Source: an uncultured Alphaproteobacteria bacterium
GTDB lineage: Bacteria > Pseudomonadota > Alphaproteobacteria > HIMB59 > GCA-002718135
Length of the DNA stretch: 64,000 nucleotides
Assembly: GCA_902575815.1 (NCBI GenBank)
Contig: CACGTA010000001.1
Location: 8,147-72,146 of the forward strand
Direction: 5' to 3'
The notes beneath the pieces were generated by a model, which was not told the origin of the DNA, ran no database searches, and saw nothing but the letters and a program-made list of their open reading frames with translations. Numbering within the stretch: position 1 is the stretch's first letter; each line of letters begins with the position of its first letter. This document shows positions 43,143 through 53,114 of this stretch, piece after piece. The position numbers and the translations under genes were made by a program.

Positions 43143-44933
43143 ATGAAAAAATTCCTAATCGCATTTGCCATTTTAACTTCAATAATTGCACTTAACAAAC
43201 ATGCGTACAGTGAAAAAGTTCACGGTATTGCAATGCATGGAACACCAAAGTATGCCAGTGATTTTGAAAATCTAGATTATGTGAACCCAAATGCACCTAA
43301 AGGTGGAACGGTAAAATTTGGATCATATGGTTCTTTTGATAATCTTAATAGAGTAGCATTTAAAGGTTCTAAAGCTGCTGGACTTGGGTACGTTAATGAT
43401 ACGTTAATGAGAAGAGTATGGGATGAAGCATTCTCTCTCTATGGTTTAATAGCTGAAAAAGTAGAATTGCCTCAAGATAGATCGTCTATAACTTTTTATT
43501 TAAATTCAAATGCAACATTTCATGATGGCTCACCAATAACACGCGATGATGTATTGTTTAGTCTAGAAACATTTCAAACAAAAGGTACTCCAAATCAGAA
43601 AAAAACATATGGCAAAGTTGTTGAAACTCAATTGATTGGAAATGATGGAATAAAAATGATTTTTGAAAATAATGAAGATAAAGAATTGCCTCTTATTATT
43701 GCGGGCTTTCTTCCTATCATTCCAAAAAAGTTTTATGAAAATCTTGATGTTACAAAAACATTTTTAGATATCCCTCTTGGCAGTGGTCCATACCAAGTTG
43801 ATAGTCTCGATCCTGGGCGTCAAATAAAATACAAACGCGTTGAAAATTACTGGGCAAAAGATTTACCAGTGAATAAAGGTCTCTATAACTTTGATACAAT
43901 TATTTATGATTATTATAAAGACTCAAATGTCTTAGTTGAGGCTTTTAAGGTTGGTGAATACGACTTTAGAAGAGAGTACAACGTTAAACGTTGGTTATCA
44001 GAATATGATTTCAAAGCTGTCCGGAATGGCGAAGTAATACTTACAGAAATGAATAATGATAGACCTGTTGGAATGAATGGTCTTGTGATGAATACAAGAC
44101 GTGACATATTTAATAACAGAAATGTAAGACTTGCTTTAAGTTATGCCTATGATCATGAATGGATTAATAAAACAATATATCAAAATGCATATGTCAGAAC
44201 AGATAGTTATTTTGATAACTCACCATTAGCTTCTTCAGGTTTACCGTCAAAAAATGAGCTAGAATTATTGAATGTATGGAAAGATGAAATTCCAGCAGAA
44301 GTATTTACGGAAACATTTACCCCACCTCTTACGGATGGAAGTGGAAATGATCGTAAAAATTTATTGAAAGCAAAAGAAATACTCGAAAAAGAGGGGTGGA
44401 ATGTTGAAAATGGAAAGCTGTTCAAAGATGGGCAAGAATTTAAATTTGAATTTTTAATTGTCAGTCCTTCAGATGAAAAAATCGCTTTAGCCTATCAAAG
44501 TAATTTAAAAAAACTTGGCATTACTATGGATGTAAGAACTGTTGATTCATCACAGTATCAAGAACGTTTGTTAAGTTATGATTTTGATATGATTAAAAGA
44601 TATTGGGGAGTCAGTTTAAGCCCAGGAAATGAGCAACAATTTTATTGGGGATCAGAAGTTGGTCAAAAAGATGGAAGCAGAAATTATCCTGGTATCAATA
44701 GTCCAGCAGTTGATGCATTAATTGAAAAATTAATTAGTGCAACAAATAGAGAAGAATTAACAACAGCGATCCACGCACTTGATAGAGTATTGTTATGGGG
44801 TCACTATGTAGTTCCTCTTTATCATAGCAACAAAGACAGAATTGCTTATTGGGATTTTTTTGAATACCCAGACGAAATTCCACTTTACGGAATTGTAATT
44901 GAGTCTTGGTGGATTAATAAAGATAAACAATAA
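43143..44933 (+). CDS. Family-5 extracellular solute-binding protein (YejA-like oligopeptide type), orphan
   Basis: 596 aa with a signal peptide and family-5 SBP layout. No cognate permease or ATPase genes are adjacent. Confidence 0.8.
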   Translation: MKKFLIAFAILTSIIALNKHAYSEKVHGIAMHGTPKYASDFENLDYVNPNAPKGGTVKFGSYGSFDNLNRVAFKGSKAAGLGYVNDTLMRRVWDEAFSLYGLIAEKVELPQDRSSITFYLNSNATFHDGSPITRDDVLFSLETFQTKGTPNQKKTYGKVVETQLIGNDGIKMIFENNEDKELPLIIAGFLPIIPKKFYENLDVTKTFLDIPLGSGPYQVDSLDPGRQIKYKRVENYWAKDLPVNKGLYNFDTIIYDYYKDSNVLVEAFKVGEYDFRREYNVKRWLSEYDFKAVRNGEVILTEMNNDRPVGMNGLVMNTRRDIFNNRNVRLALSYAYDHEWINKTIYQNAYVRTDSYFDNSPLASSGLPSKNELELLNVWKDEIPAEVFTETFTPPLTDGSGNDRKNLLKAKEILEKEGWNVENGKLFKDGQEFKFEFLIVSPSDEKIALAYQSNLKKLGITMDVRTVDSSQYQERLLSYDFDMIKRYWGVSLSPGNEQQFYWGSEVGQKDGSRNYPGINSPAVDALIEKLISATNREELTTAIHALDRVLLWGHYVVPLYHSNKDRIAYWDFFEYPDEIPLYGIVIESWWINKDKQ

Positions 44934-44954
44934 AATAAGTAATCAAATATTTTT

Positions 44955-45839
44955 ATGAGTCATACAAGAGCTAACATACTCATGTTAATTGCCTCACTTA
45001 TATGGGGAACAGCTTTTGTAAGCCAAACTACTGGAATGGGAGCCATAGGTCCTTTTACTTTTAGCTTTGGAAGATTCTTTTTTGCTTTTTTAACGGTAAT
45101 TCCATTTGCGATTTATCTAGAACAACAAAATATTTTTAAAATATTAAGTGATAGAAAAAAAGTTTATCTTTGTTTGGCTACAGGTTTTTTTCTTTTTGGT
45201 GGTATGGGGCTTCAACAATACGCTTTACAAAAATCATTAATATCAAATGCTGCTTTTCTTAGCACTCTTTACGTTCCCTTTGTTGGAATAATTTCAAGAT
45301 TCATAATTAAAAAACAGGTACACTGGATTATCTGGATTGCCATTTTACTCTGTTTGTATGGATCATATCTTTTGTCCTCTAATCAATCAGTTGAAATTCA
45401 ACAATCAGATTCACTATTATTTATTGCAGCTTTGTTTTTTGCCTTACATATTATTTATATCGATATTTTTATGAAAGAACTAAACAGTCCTTTTTTATTT
45501 GGAAGTATTCAGTACTTTATTGTTTTTGTTTTATCTATGATCCTAGCTTTTATGTGGGAGGAACCAAAGCTCTCCAATATGCAAATTGAGTGGTTTGAAA
45601 TTTTATACACGGGTATTTTTTCTGCTGGCATTGGATATACACTTCAAATTATTGCTCAACATAAAGCTAATCCTGCTCCTGCTGCTATTATTTTATCAAT
45701 GGAGTCAGTCTTTGCTGCAATAGCAGGTTGGATACTTTTAGATCAAGTTTTAGACACACAAAAAATACTTGGATGCCTTGCAATATTTATTGGAGTCATT
45801 ATAGTACAATTAATACCAATAATTATTAAACAAAAATGA
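44955..45839 (+). CDS. DMT-superfamily EamA-family transporter
   Basis: 294 aa with ten hydrophobic segments. The LIWGTAFV motif is at the N-terminus. Confidence 0.8.
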   Translation: MSHTRANILMLIASLIWGTAFVSQTTGMGAIGPFTFSFGRFFFAFLTVIPFAIYLEQQNIFKILSDRKKVYLCLATGFFLFGGMGLQQYALQKSLISNAAFLSTLYVPFVGIISRFIIKKQVHWIIWIAILLCLYGSYLLSSNQSVEIQQSDSLLFIAALFFALHIIYIDIFMKELNSPFLFGSIQYFIVFVLSMILAFMWEEPKLSNMQIEWFEILYTGIFSAGIGYTLQIIAQHKANPAPAAIILSMESVFAAIAGWILLDQVLDTQKILGCLAIFIGVIIVQLIPIIIKQK

Positions 45840-46810
45840 GTGATAAATTAGACGTAGTTGGAATTGGAAATGCTATGGTAGATGCCATAATTCCTTCCAA
45901 TCAAAGTGAAATTGAAAAACATGAAATTAATAGAGATTCTATGAATCTTATTGATGAAAATTTAAAAAATAATTTGCATGAGAGTTATTCCATCAGAGAA
46001 ATGGCTGGTGGAGGTTCCCTTGGTAACTCCATGTTTGGTATCACCTCTTTTGGCGGTAATGGAAGTTTTATTGGAAAAATTAAAAATGATGAAATTGGAG
46101 TATACCTTCAAAAAGATATGATCCGGGAAGGACTAAAATTTCCATTGGGATTTACATCTCCTAATATTTCAACTGGATGTTGTACAATTTTTGTTGAAGA
46201 AGATGGAACTAGAACAATGTGTACTTTTCTTGGTGCTGGAACATTAATAGGGCCTGAAGATATAAAAGAGGATGATATTAAAAATCATAAGATTGCATAT
46301 TTGGAAGGCTACTTGTGGGATAATGAAAATGCAAAAAAGGCTATGAAAAAAATGGTGGATATTTGCAAGGCTGATAATCAAAAAATTGCCTTTACTCTTT
46401 CAGATCTTTTTTGTGTTGATAGACACAGAGATTCTTTTAAAGAATTAATAACTGAGAATGTTGATATTCTTTTTGCTAACGAAGATGAAATCAAAGCAAT
46501 GGCACAAACAGAAAGTTTTGAAGAAGGTCTAGAATATGCAAAATCATTAAATATAATTGCTGCTATTACTAAAGGAAGTAGTGGATCAGTTATTGTTTCT
46601 GGTAATGACATCACTGAAGTTGCTGCAAAAAAAGTAGAAAAAGTTGTAGATACAACTGGAGCTGGAGATTTATTTGCAGCTGGTTTTTTATTTGGTTATT
46701 CTAAAGGTAAAGCAATGGATGAATGCGGTAACTACGCATCAATTGCTGCCGCAGAAATTATTTCGCATTATGGTGCAAGACCTTTAGTAAAATTGTCTAG
46801 TTTAATTTAG
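45836..46810 (+). CDS. PfkB-family kinase, probably adenosine kinase
   Basis: The VVGIGNAMVD and DTTGAGDLFAAGFLFG motifs are present. It is convergent with adenosine deaminase. Confidence 0.7.
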   Translation: MSDKLDVVGIGNAMVDAIIPSNQSEIEKHEINRDSMNLIDENLKNNLHESYSIREMAGGGSLGNSMFGITSFGGNGSFIGKIKNDEIGVYLQKDMIREGLKFPLGFTSPNISTGCCTIFVEEDGTRTMCTFLGAGTLIGPEDIKEDDIKNHKIAYLEGYLWDNENAKKAMKKMVDICKADNQKIAFTLSDLFCVDRHRDSFKELITENVDILFANEDEIKAMAQTESFEEGLEYAKSLNIIAAITKGSSGSVIVSGNDITEVAAKKVEKVVDTTGAGDLFAAGFLFGYSKGKAMDECGNYASIAAAEIISHYGARPLVKLSSLI

Positions 46811-47777
46811 CTAATAATTTATTTTTATTTTCATCATCACAAAAAGAATACTTAATTGCGTTATGAGTAAGGGAGATTAGTTCTTTTTCATTTAAACCTA
46901 AATCTTCCATGACTTTGTATTCACCGTTTATCGTAGCATTGAAAAAGGGAGGGTCATCCGAATTGACTGTTACTTTTACTCCTTGATCAAATAATGTTTT
47001 CACAGGATGATCTTCATAATCTTTGTAAATTTTAGTTGCAATATTACTTGTTGGACAAGTTTCTAGAATAATATCTTTATCAATTATTTCTTTAACTAAA
47101 TCAGGATCCTCTATTGATCGAACTCCATGGCCTAATCTTGTTGGATGGAGAAGGTTAATAGCATTCCTTATATTTACAGGACCATCCCATTCACCTGCAT
47201 GAACCGTAATTGGAAAATTTTCTTTTTTTAACATATCAAATGTTTCAACAAATAAGTTTGGAGGAAAATGCAATTCATCCCCAGCCAAACCAAAACCAAC
47301 TAAACAAGGATGGGGATTATTTAAAACTTCCTCTGCAGTTCCTTGTACTGACTCTGGCCCTAAATGTCTGATCCCATTCATTATATAACGTGAAACAATT
47401 CCAAAATCCTCTTCAGCTTTTTTAGAAGCTTCATAAACTCCTTCAATAAAAGAATGATAGGTCATGCCTTTTTCTTTAGCATGAGTTGAGGAAATCATCG
47501 CTTCGACATAAAGAACATTGTTAGCTGCGCAATCTTTTAAATATTCATACGTTAATTCAAAATAATCTTCTGGTGTATGTATTACAGAAGTAACAATGTC
47601 ATATTTTTTTATAAAATCATAAAAATCATCCCATTGGTATGCGTACTTTGAACCAAACATTTCTTCAGCTATTTCATAGTTGTTTCGTTTGGCAAATTTT
47701 TTACATAAAGTTGGCGTTATAGTTGCCTCTAAATGAACGTGGATTTCTGCTTTTTTGACTGAATTAAAAATATTCAT
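46797..47777 (-). CDS. add: Adenosine deaminase
   Basis: EIHVHLEA, HAGE and SDDPPFF metal/catalytic motifs. It is 326 aa. Confidence 0.85.
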   Translation of the reverse strand: MNIFNSVKKAEIHVHLEATITPTLCKKFAKRNNYEIAEEMFGSKYAYQWDDFYDFIKKYDIVTSVIHTPEDYFELTYEYLKDCAANNVLYVEAMISSTHAKEKGMTYHSFIEGVYEASKKAEEDFGIVSRYIMNGIRHLGPESVQGTAEEVLNNPHPCLVGFGLAGDELHFPPNLFVETFDMLKKENFPITVHAGEWDGPVNIRNAINLLHPTRLGHGVRSIEDPDLVKEIIDKDIILETCPTSNIATKIYKDYEDHPVKTLFDQGVKVTVNSDDPPFFNATINGEYKVMEDLGLNEKELISLTHNAIKYSFCDDENKNKLLAKLN

Positions 47778-47805
47778 ATAAAAAAAATACCTATATAATA
47801 ATAAT

Positions 47806-48717
47806 ATGGAAGCAAGAATAAACAGAAGAGGCTTTGTTTTAGGCGCTAGTTGCTCTTTATGTGGTTCTGTGATTTTACCTTCTTGTACACAAGTACCATT
47901 AACAAATCGAAGTCAACTTAATTTATATGATAGCAACCTACCTATAATTTTAATGGGTGGTGGTGTAGCAGGTCTTCCAAAAATTTATCCTAATGAAAGA
48001 GCTCTTAATCAAGAAGTTGATAAAACATATTCAAGATTTTTATCAAAAGCTAAAGAAGATAAAATTCTTTTAGATAACACAGATGAATCTAAAAAAATTG
48101 AAGAAATCGGAAAGGAAATTTATACCTCTCTAGATACATTTTATATTAATAAGCGTGAAAAAAATCCTGTAGAAAATTTTAACTGGCAATTTGCTCTAAT
48201 TGAATCTGATACAAAAAATGCATGGTGTATGCCTGGTGGTAAAATTGCTTTCTATACTGGTATACTTCCTGTTTGTAAAAATGATGACGGGATTGCTGCA
48301 GTTATGGGTCATGAAATTGCACATGCATTTGCTAGACACACAGTAGAAAAATTAACTCAAGCATCTATGGTGCAAATGGCAACAATTGGAATATCGCGAA
48401 GTAAATATGCAGAACTTCTTAATAAATCTTTTAGAGTAGGAAATGTAGGAGGTAATGTTTACAACTCCGTTGTAAAGTATGGTATTTTTCTTCCATTTAG
48501 TAGAAAGATGGAAAGGGAAGCTGATTACTTAGGCATGGGATTTATGAATCTTGCTGGATTTAATATTAAAGAACCAGCTAAATTATGGCAAAGAATGATG
48601 GCAGGTCAAGAAGGGAGGGTGCCTGAATTTATGGGATCACATCCAAGTCCTGATAATAGATCAAAAAAGTTTCTTGAATGGGAAAGTGAAATTTTAGATA
48701 AATTTCCCCAAGTTTAA
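47806..48717 (+). CDS. M48-family zinc metallopeptidase (exported/lipoprotein)
   Basis: HEIAH zinc motif with a downstream E. The N-terminus has RRGFVLGASCSLCGS. Confidence 0.8.
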   Translation: MEARINRRGFVLGASCSLCGSVILPSCTQVPLTNRSQLNLYDSNLPIILMGGGVAGLPKIYPNERALNQEVDKTYSRFLSKAKEDKILLDNTDESKKIEEIGKEIYTSLDTFYINKREKNPVENFNWQFALIESDTKNAWCMPGGKIAFYTGILPVCKNDDGIAAVMGHEIAHAFARHTVEKLTQASMVQMATIGISRSKYAELLNKSFRVGNVGGNVYNSVVKYGIFLPFSRKMEREADYLGMGFMNLAGFNIKEPAKLWQRMMAGQEGRVPEFMGSHPSPDNRSKKFLEWESEILDKFPQV

Positions 48718-48738
48718 TTTTAGTGTAATAGGTATTTT

Positions 48739-49785
48739 ATGATTGCTGTTGAAGTTAAAGATCTTACTCATTCAATTAATAATAAAAAAATTTTAAATAA
48801 TATTAATTTTAATCTCAATAAAGATAGTATCTCTTGTATTTTGGGACCGTCAGGTAGTGGAAAAACTACTTTATTAAAGCTCATAGCAGGTCTTGAAAAA
48901 GTACAATCAGGTAAAATTATTATTAATGGTGAAGAAGTAAGCAGTACTGCAAAACACTTACCTACAGAAAAAAGAAAAATTGGTTTTTTATTTCAAGATT
49001 ACGCTCTATTCCCACATTTGACAGTAAAAGAAAATTTGAGATTTCCAACTAATGCAAAAAATTCAACTAATAATGTTGATGAAATTATTGAATTAATTAA
49101 ATTACCAAATTCACTAGATAAATATCCACACGAGTTAAGTGGTGGTGAACAACAGAGAGTTGCTCTTGCACGATCTATAATTTCACAACCCGATTTACTT
49201 TTATTAGATGAGCCTTTTTCAAGTTTGGATTTAAGTCTTCGAGAAGAGGTGCGGGACGATACACTGCATCTTTTACAAAAATCAAATGTGTCTGTAATTA
49301 TAGTCACTCATGATCCTTTTGAAGCAATGTTTATCTCAAATCATATAAATATTTTTGATAAATCAGGTTCGATTGTACAATCAGGAACTCCAAATGATCT
49401 CTATAACAATCCAAAAAATTCGTATGTTACAGGTTTTTTTGGTGAAACAAATAAATTTGAAGGTGTTGTTAAAGAATCACACATTCACACACCGGTTGGG
49501 AAAATTAAAACACCTGGAAATTTAGAAGGTGAAAAAGTTGTGGTACACATAAGACCTCAAGGCGTAAAACTCAACAAACAACCAACACCAGTTAATGGAA
49601 TTAAGGGAACCGTTATGGCATCAAAATTAATGGGGTCATTTAGTTTTATCCATTTATCTGTGTTAGATAATAATAATGAAGTTGTTCATGTTCATAGCCA
49701 CATGCCTGCTGACTTTAATCCTAAACAATCATCTGCAGTGGAGATAGAAATTGATAATGATCAGGCTTACATATTTAAGAATTAA
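48739..49785 (+). CDS. ABC ATP-binding protein, ferric-iron (FbpC)/PotA type
   Basis: Walker A GPSGSGKTT, signature LSGGEQQRV, Walker B LLLDEP and a TOBE-like C-terminus. It is convergent with the iron permease. Confidence 0.8.
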   Translation: MIAVEVKDLTHSINNKKILNNINFNLNKDSISCILGPSGSGKTTLLKLIAGLEKVQSGKIIINGEEVSSTAKHLPTEKRKIGFLFQDYALFPHLTVKENLRFPTNAKNSTNNVDEIIELIKLPNSLDKYPHELSGGEQQRVALARSIISQPDLLLLDEPFSSLDLSLREEVRDDTLHLLQKSNVSVIIVTHDPFEAMFISNHINIFDKSGSIVQSGTPNDLYNNPKNSYVTGFFGETNKFEGVVKESHIHTPVGKIKTPGNLEGEKVVVHIRPQGVKLNKQPTPVNGIKGTVMASKLMGSFSFIHLSVLDNNNEVVHVHSHMPADFNPKQSSAVEIEIDNDQAYIFKN

Positions 49786-49788
49786 GTT

Positions 49789-51384
49789 TTAGTTTTTTAT
49801 TGATTTAGTTATTGTTCTGTTAAGAAAAATTACCGGTCCTAATCCAGTAATAACAATAATTAGAGCTGCAAATGCTGACTCCTCCAACATTTCATCAGAG
49901 GCATATTGATAAACATAGGTTGCTAGTGTCTCAAAATTAAATGGTCTTAATAAAAGGGTTATTGGAAGTTCTTTTAAGATGTCTACAAAAACTAATATTC
50001 CTCCAACTAATAAATTTGTATACAGCAAGGGTAATATAATTTTTCTTATGCTTTTGAAAAAACTCACGCCCATTGTTCTTGATGCGTCTAATAAGTTTGG
50101 ATGAATTCTTGAAATACCTGATGTAATAGCTCCATTGCCAACAGCTAAAAATCTAATACTATACGCAAATAATAAAATTATAAATCCACCAACAGCATAA
50201 CTCATACGAAAATAAATTAAATCATTAAGCCACCCGACAAATACCACTATTCCAACAGCAAGAATTGTTCCTGGAAAAGCGTAACCAGAAGAAGCAAAAA
50301 ATATTAAAATTTTTTGGAAATTATTTGATTTATATGCTCCAACTATAATCATTAATAAGGAGAGCAACATAATGAATGATGAAGAAATAAATGCTAAAGA
50401 TATACTTGATAGTGTTATTTGAAAAATTTCAATAAAATTTATTATAGAATAACCTTTAATTACAAAATTCAATAAAATTGAAACAGGTATTATAAAACCA
50501 AGACTTAAAGGTATTAGACAAATTAAAAACAATAGTGAATTTTTAATACCAGAAATTGTTTGGGTTGGTGTATAAGATGCGCCACTGTACTTTTCATGAA
50601 ATTTTCTGCTACGCCTACCCAAATACTCTAAAGTTAAAAGTACTATAACAATCATAAATAAAATACTAGAAATCTGTGATGCGCCAGATAGACTATTCAT
50701 TCCTAGCCAAACATTAAATACACCTAAGGTTAATGTTTCAATTGCAAAATAATCAACTGTCCCAAAATCAGAAATTGTTTCCATTAGTACTAAGGCCAAA
50801 CCTGCAATTATACCTGGACGACCAAATGGAATAGCAACATTGAAGAAGGAATTCCTTCCGTAAATAGAACTAGTTTGAAAAAAAGATATAGGTGTCGTTA
50901 TAAATGATGCTCTAGTCATTAAATATACATATGGATACAATACAGAGGACATTACTAAAATTGCACCTCCCATTGATCGCACATTTGGAAACCAGTAATC
51001 TTTCGTGCTTGTCCAACCAAATATGTCTCTTAACAATGATTGAAGAGGACCAGCATATTCAAAAAAGTCGGTATAAGTATAGGCAATAATATAAGCTGGG
51101 ACAGCAGCTGGTAATAATAACATCCATTCAAAAAATTTTTTCCCAAAAAAATTATATCTTGTCACTATCCAGGCAGTAGTTAAACCAAAGACTAAACTTA
51201 ATCCTCCAACACCAAACATTAAAATTATTGTATTGGTCAGATATCTGGGCAAAACAGTAGAAAATAAATGTGGCCATAGTGACGTATCGCCTAAAATCGC
51301 GTAATAAAATATTGAAAAAATAGGAGCGATAATTACTAAAGCAATTATCGCCACAGAATTTGACCATAAATTAAAATTTATCAA
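49789..51384 (-). CDS. Ferric-iron ABC permease, fused two-domain type (FbpB-like)
   Basis: 531-aa protein with a duplicated permease domain, as in FbpB/HitB. Confidence 0.8.
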   Translation of the reverse strand: MINFNLWSNSVAIIALVIIAPIFSIFYYAILGDTSLWPHLFSTVLPRYLTNTIILMFGVGGLSLVFGLTTAWIVTRYNFFGKKFFEWMLLLPAAVPAYIIAYTYTDFFEYAGPLQSLLRDIFGWTSTKDYWFPNVRSMGGAILVMSSVLYPYVYLMTRASFITTPISFFQTSSIYGRNSFFNVAIPFGRPGIIAGLALVLMETISDFGTVDYFAIETLTLGVFNVWLGMNSLSGASQISSILFMIVIVLLTLEYLGRRSRKFHEKYSGASYTPTQTISGIKNSLLFLICLIPLSLGFIIPVSILLNFVIKGYSIINFIEIFQITLSSISLAFISSSFIMLLSLLMIIVGAYKSNNFQKILIFFASSGYAFPGTILAVGIVVFVGWLNDLIYFRMSYAVGGFIILLFAYSIRFLAVGNGAITSGISRIHPNLLDASRTMGVSFFKSIRKIILPLLYTNLLVGGILVFVDILKELPITLLLRPFNFETLATYVYQYASDEMLEESAFAALIIVITGLGPVIFLNRTITKSIKN

Positions 51385-51401
51385 AACAGTTAACCTATAA
51401 T

Positions 51402-52415
51402 TTACCAGCCTACTCTATCAATGATTTTCTGAGCTACGGGAGCAAGTTCTGCAAGTTTTTCAACAGGCAGTTTATCTTCTTTAAACTCGCCCCATGATTT
51501 TAACTCATCAGTTAATTGCATATCTGGGTTAACCGGATATTCATAGTTTATAGAACTGTAAAGGACTTGTGCTTTTGGCTGAGTAAGAAATTCAAGTAGT
51601 GCAATTGCATTGTCTTTATTTTTAGAGTACTTAATTACACCTCCGCCAGCAACATTAATGTGATTCCCTCTGTCTTTTTGATTAGTAAAAACTAACTCTA
51701 TTGAGTTAGCCCACTCTTTTTGTTCTGGATTCTTTTCATTAAATTTCATTTTTCCAAAGTAATATGTATTCATTACAGCAATATCACAGACACCTTCATA
51801 AATTGCTTTTGCTTGAGCTCTATCATTACCCTCAGGTTTACGTGCTAAATTTGCCACAACGCCTGCAGCCCATTCTTCAGCAATAACTTCTCCATTTGCA
51901 GCAATTATTGAAGCTAAAAGTGATCTATTGTAGTCATGGCTGCCAGGTCTTGTACAAATTTTACCTTTCCATTTTGGATCAGATAAATCTTCTATTCTTT
52001 TAATTGAGTCTGTAGATAATCTTTCTTTTGATATTGCAACAATTCTAGCTCTCTTGGAAAGTGCAAACCATTTATTATTACTGTCTCTTAAATGATTTGG
52101 AATATTCATATTCAAAATATCTGAGTTAATTGGTTGCAAGATATCCTTTTCAACAAATTGGTTTAACCTTGCTATATCAACTGTTAATACCAAGTCAGCA
52201 GGTGTATCTTCACCTTCAGCTAGAACTCTTTCTAGTAATCCTTTTTTTGCATGTAAAACATTTACCTTTATACCAGTCGATTTTGTAAATTCCTCAAAGA
52301 AAGGATCTATTAAAATTGGCTGCCTGTATGAATAAACATTAACCTCTTTGGCAAACAAGTTTAGTGAAATGGTGGATGCAATTAGTATTAGTAGTAATCT
52401 AAAAATAATTTTCAT
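51402..52415 (-). CDS. Ferric-iron ABC substrate-binding protein (FbpA/AfuA-like)
   Basis: 337 aa with a signal peptide. The VNVYSYRQP start and the TYYFGK Tyr-pair region are typical of FbpA. Confidence 0.8.
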   Translation of the reverse strand: MKIIFRLLLILIASTISLNLFAKEVNVYSYRQPILIDPFFEEFTKSTGIKVNVLHAKKGLLERVLAEGEDTPADLVLTVDIARLNQFVEKDILQPINSDILNMNIPNHLRDSNNKWFALSKRARIVAISKERLSTDSIKRIEDLSDPKWKGKICTRPGSHDYNRSLLASIIAANGEVIAEEWAAGVVANLARKPEGNDRAQAKAIYEGVCDIAVMNTYYFGKMKFNEKNPEQKEWANSIELVFTNQKDRGNHINVAGGGVIKYSKNKDNAIALLEFLTQPKAQVLYSSINYEYPVNPDMQLTDELKSWGEFKEDKLPVEKLAELAPVAQKIIDRVGW

Positions 52416-52432
52416 ATAACCTTCTTTTTTTT

Positions 52433-52479
52433 GTGGAGATAATAAATTTCTCCACGTTCTATGATTAAGAATCTTATTA
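52433..52479 (-). promoter_or_regulatory. Candidate operator region upstream of the iron-binding-protein gene (palindrome plus Fur-box-like AT-rich site)
   Basis: GTGGAGA-N9-TCTCCAC lies at 52433-52455. TGATTAAGAATCTTATTA at 52462-52479 matches about 13 of 18 positions of the classical Fur box, from memory. Confidence 0.3.
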
Positions 52480-52574
52480 AAAATTATCAGAATACGAATA
52501 TAGATCTATATGAATTTTTTTTTAATATCAGTGTTGTTAAAATTCATAAAATTAGATTTATTCTAAATTTAAAG

Positions 52575-52603
52575 TTAAAAATGTTGGGGCCACTTTGGGC
52601 CCC
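52575..52603 (-). terminator. Intrinsic terminator of the small heat-shock gene
   Basis: The minus strand reads GGGGCC-CAAAGT-GGCCCC followed by AACATTTTTAAC. Confidence 0.6.
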
Positions 52604-52631
52604 TATCCAAAACTACTTTATTGAAATTAGT

Positions 52632-53051
52632 CTAGCTTTTTTTTTCTTCTGGAATAATTCTCTCCAAATCAATAGCTAAAAGTCCATTCTTCAATTCAGC
52701 ATCTTTAACTTTGATGTCTTCTGAAATTGTGAACGATCTTTCAAACTGTCTTGTTGATATTCCTTTATGGATTACACCATTACCATTTTCATTAACCACT
52801 TTTTCTTTAGGTTTATTTCTAACAGTTAGATTGTTTTCTTTTAATTCAATCTCAATATCTTCTTTACTATATCCAGCGAGAGCAACTTCAATTTTATAGT
52901 TATGCTCATCAACTCTATGAATATTGTAAGGTGGATAATTTGTATTGTATCTTTCCGTAGACTCCAACATTCTATCAAATTCATCAAAAATTGAGTCAAA
53001 TCCAACAGAGAATGGTCTTAGAGAATTCCAAACGGATAGGTTTCTAGTCAT
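52632..53051 (-). CDS. ibpA: Small heat-shock protein (Hsp20/IbpA family)
   Basis: The alpha-crystallin domain is present (YNIHRVDEHNYKIEVALAGYSKEDIEIE...GLLAIDLER). The start is taken at MTRNLSVW (53051), preceded by AGGAG. Confidence 0.85.
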   Translation of the reverse strand: MTRNLSVWNSLRPFSVGFDSIFDEFDRMLESTERYNTNYPPYNIHRVDEHNYKIEVALAGYSKEDIEIELKENNLTVRNKPKEKVVNENGNGVIHKGISTRQFERSFTISEDIKVKDAELKNGLLAIDLERIIPEEKKS

Positions 53052-53054
53052 AAT

Positions 53055-53075
53055 AACTCCTTTATTAAGCAAGTT
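53055..53075 (-). promoter_or_regulatory. ROSE-like RNA thermometer hairpin masking the Shine-Dalgarno sequence
   Basis: The RNA AACUUGCU-UAAUAA-AGGAGUU has UUGCU pairing with AGGAG. It forms 7 pairs if the G is bulged, which is the hallmark ROSE geometry. Confidence 0.5.
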
Positions 53076-53114
53076 TATTTTGCCCGCACCCACAATGGCA
53101 TACAGACAAATATT

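Noticed and set aside
52461-52679. A 72-aa plus-strand ORF in the fbpA-ibpA spacer.
   Set aside because: It runs through the ibpA terminator hairpin and into the ibpA 3-prime end. It has low-complexity I/N/F-rich sequence, no ribosome-binding site and no family resemblance.
53052-53093. The N-terminal 14-codon extension of the Hsp20 ORF (MGAGKINLLNKGVI).
   Set aside because: The internal ATG at 53051 is preceded by AGGAG at the right spacing and by the thermometer-like hairpin. The extension would lie within the predicted leader.
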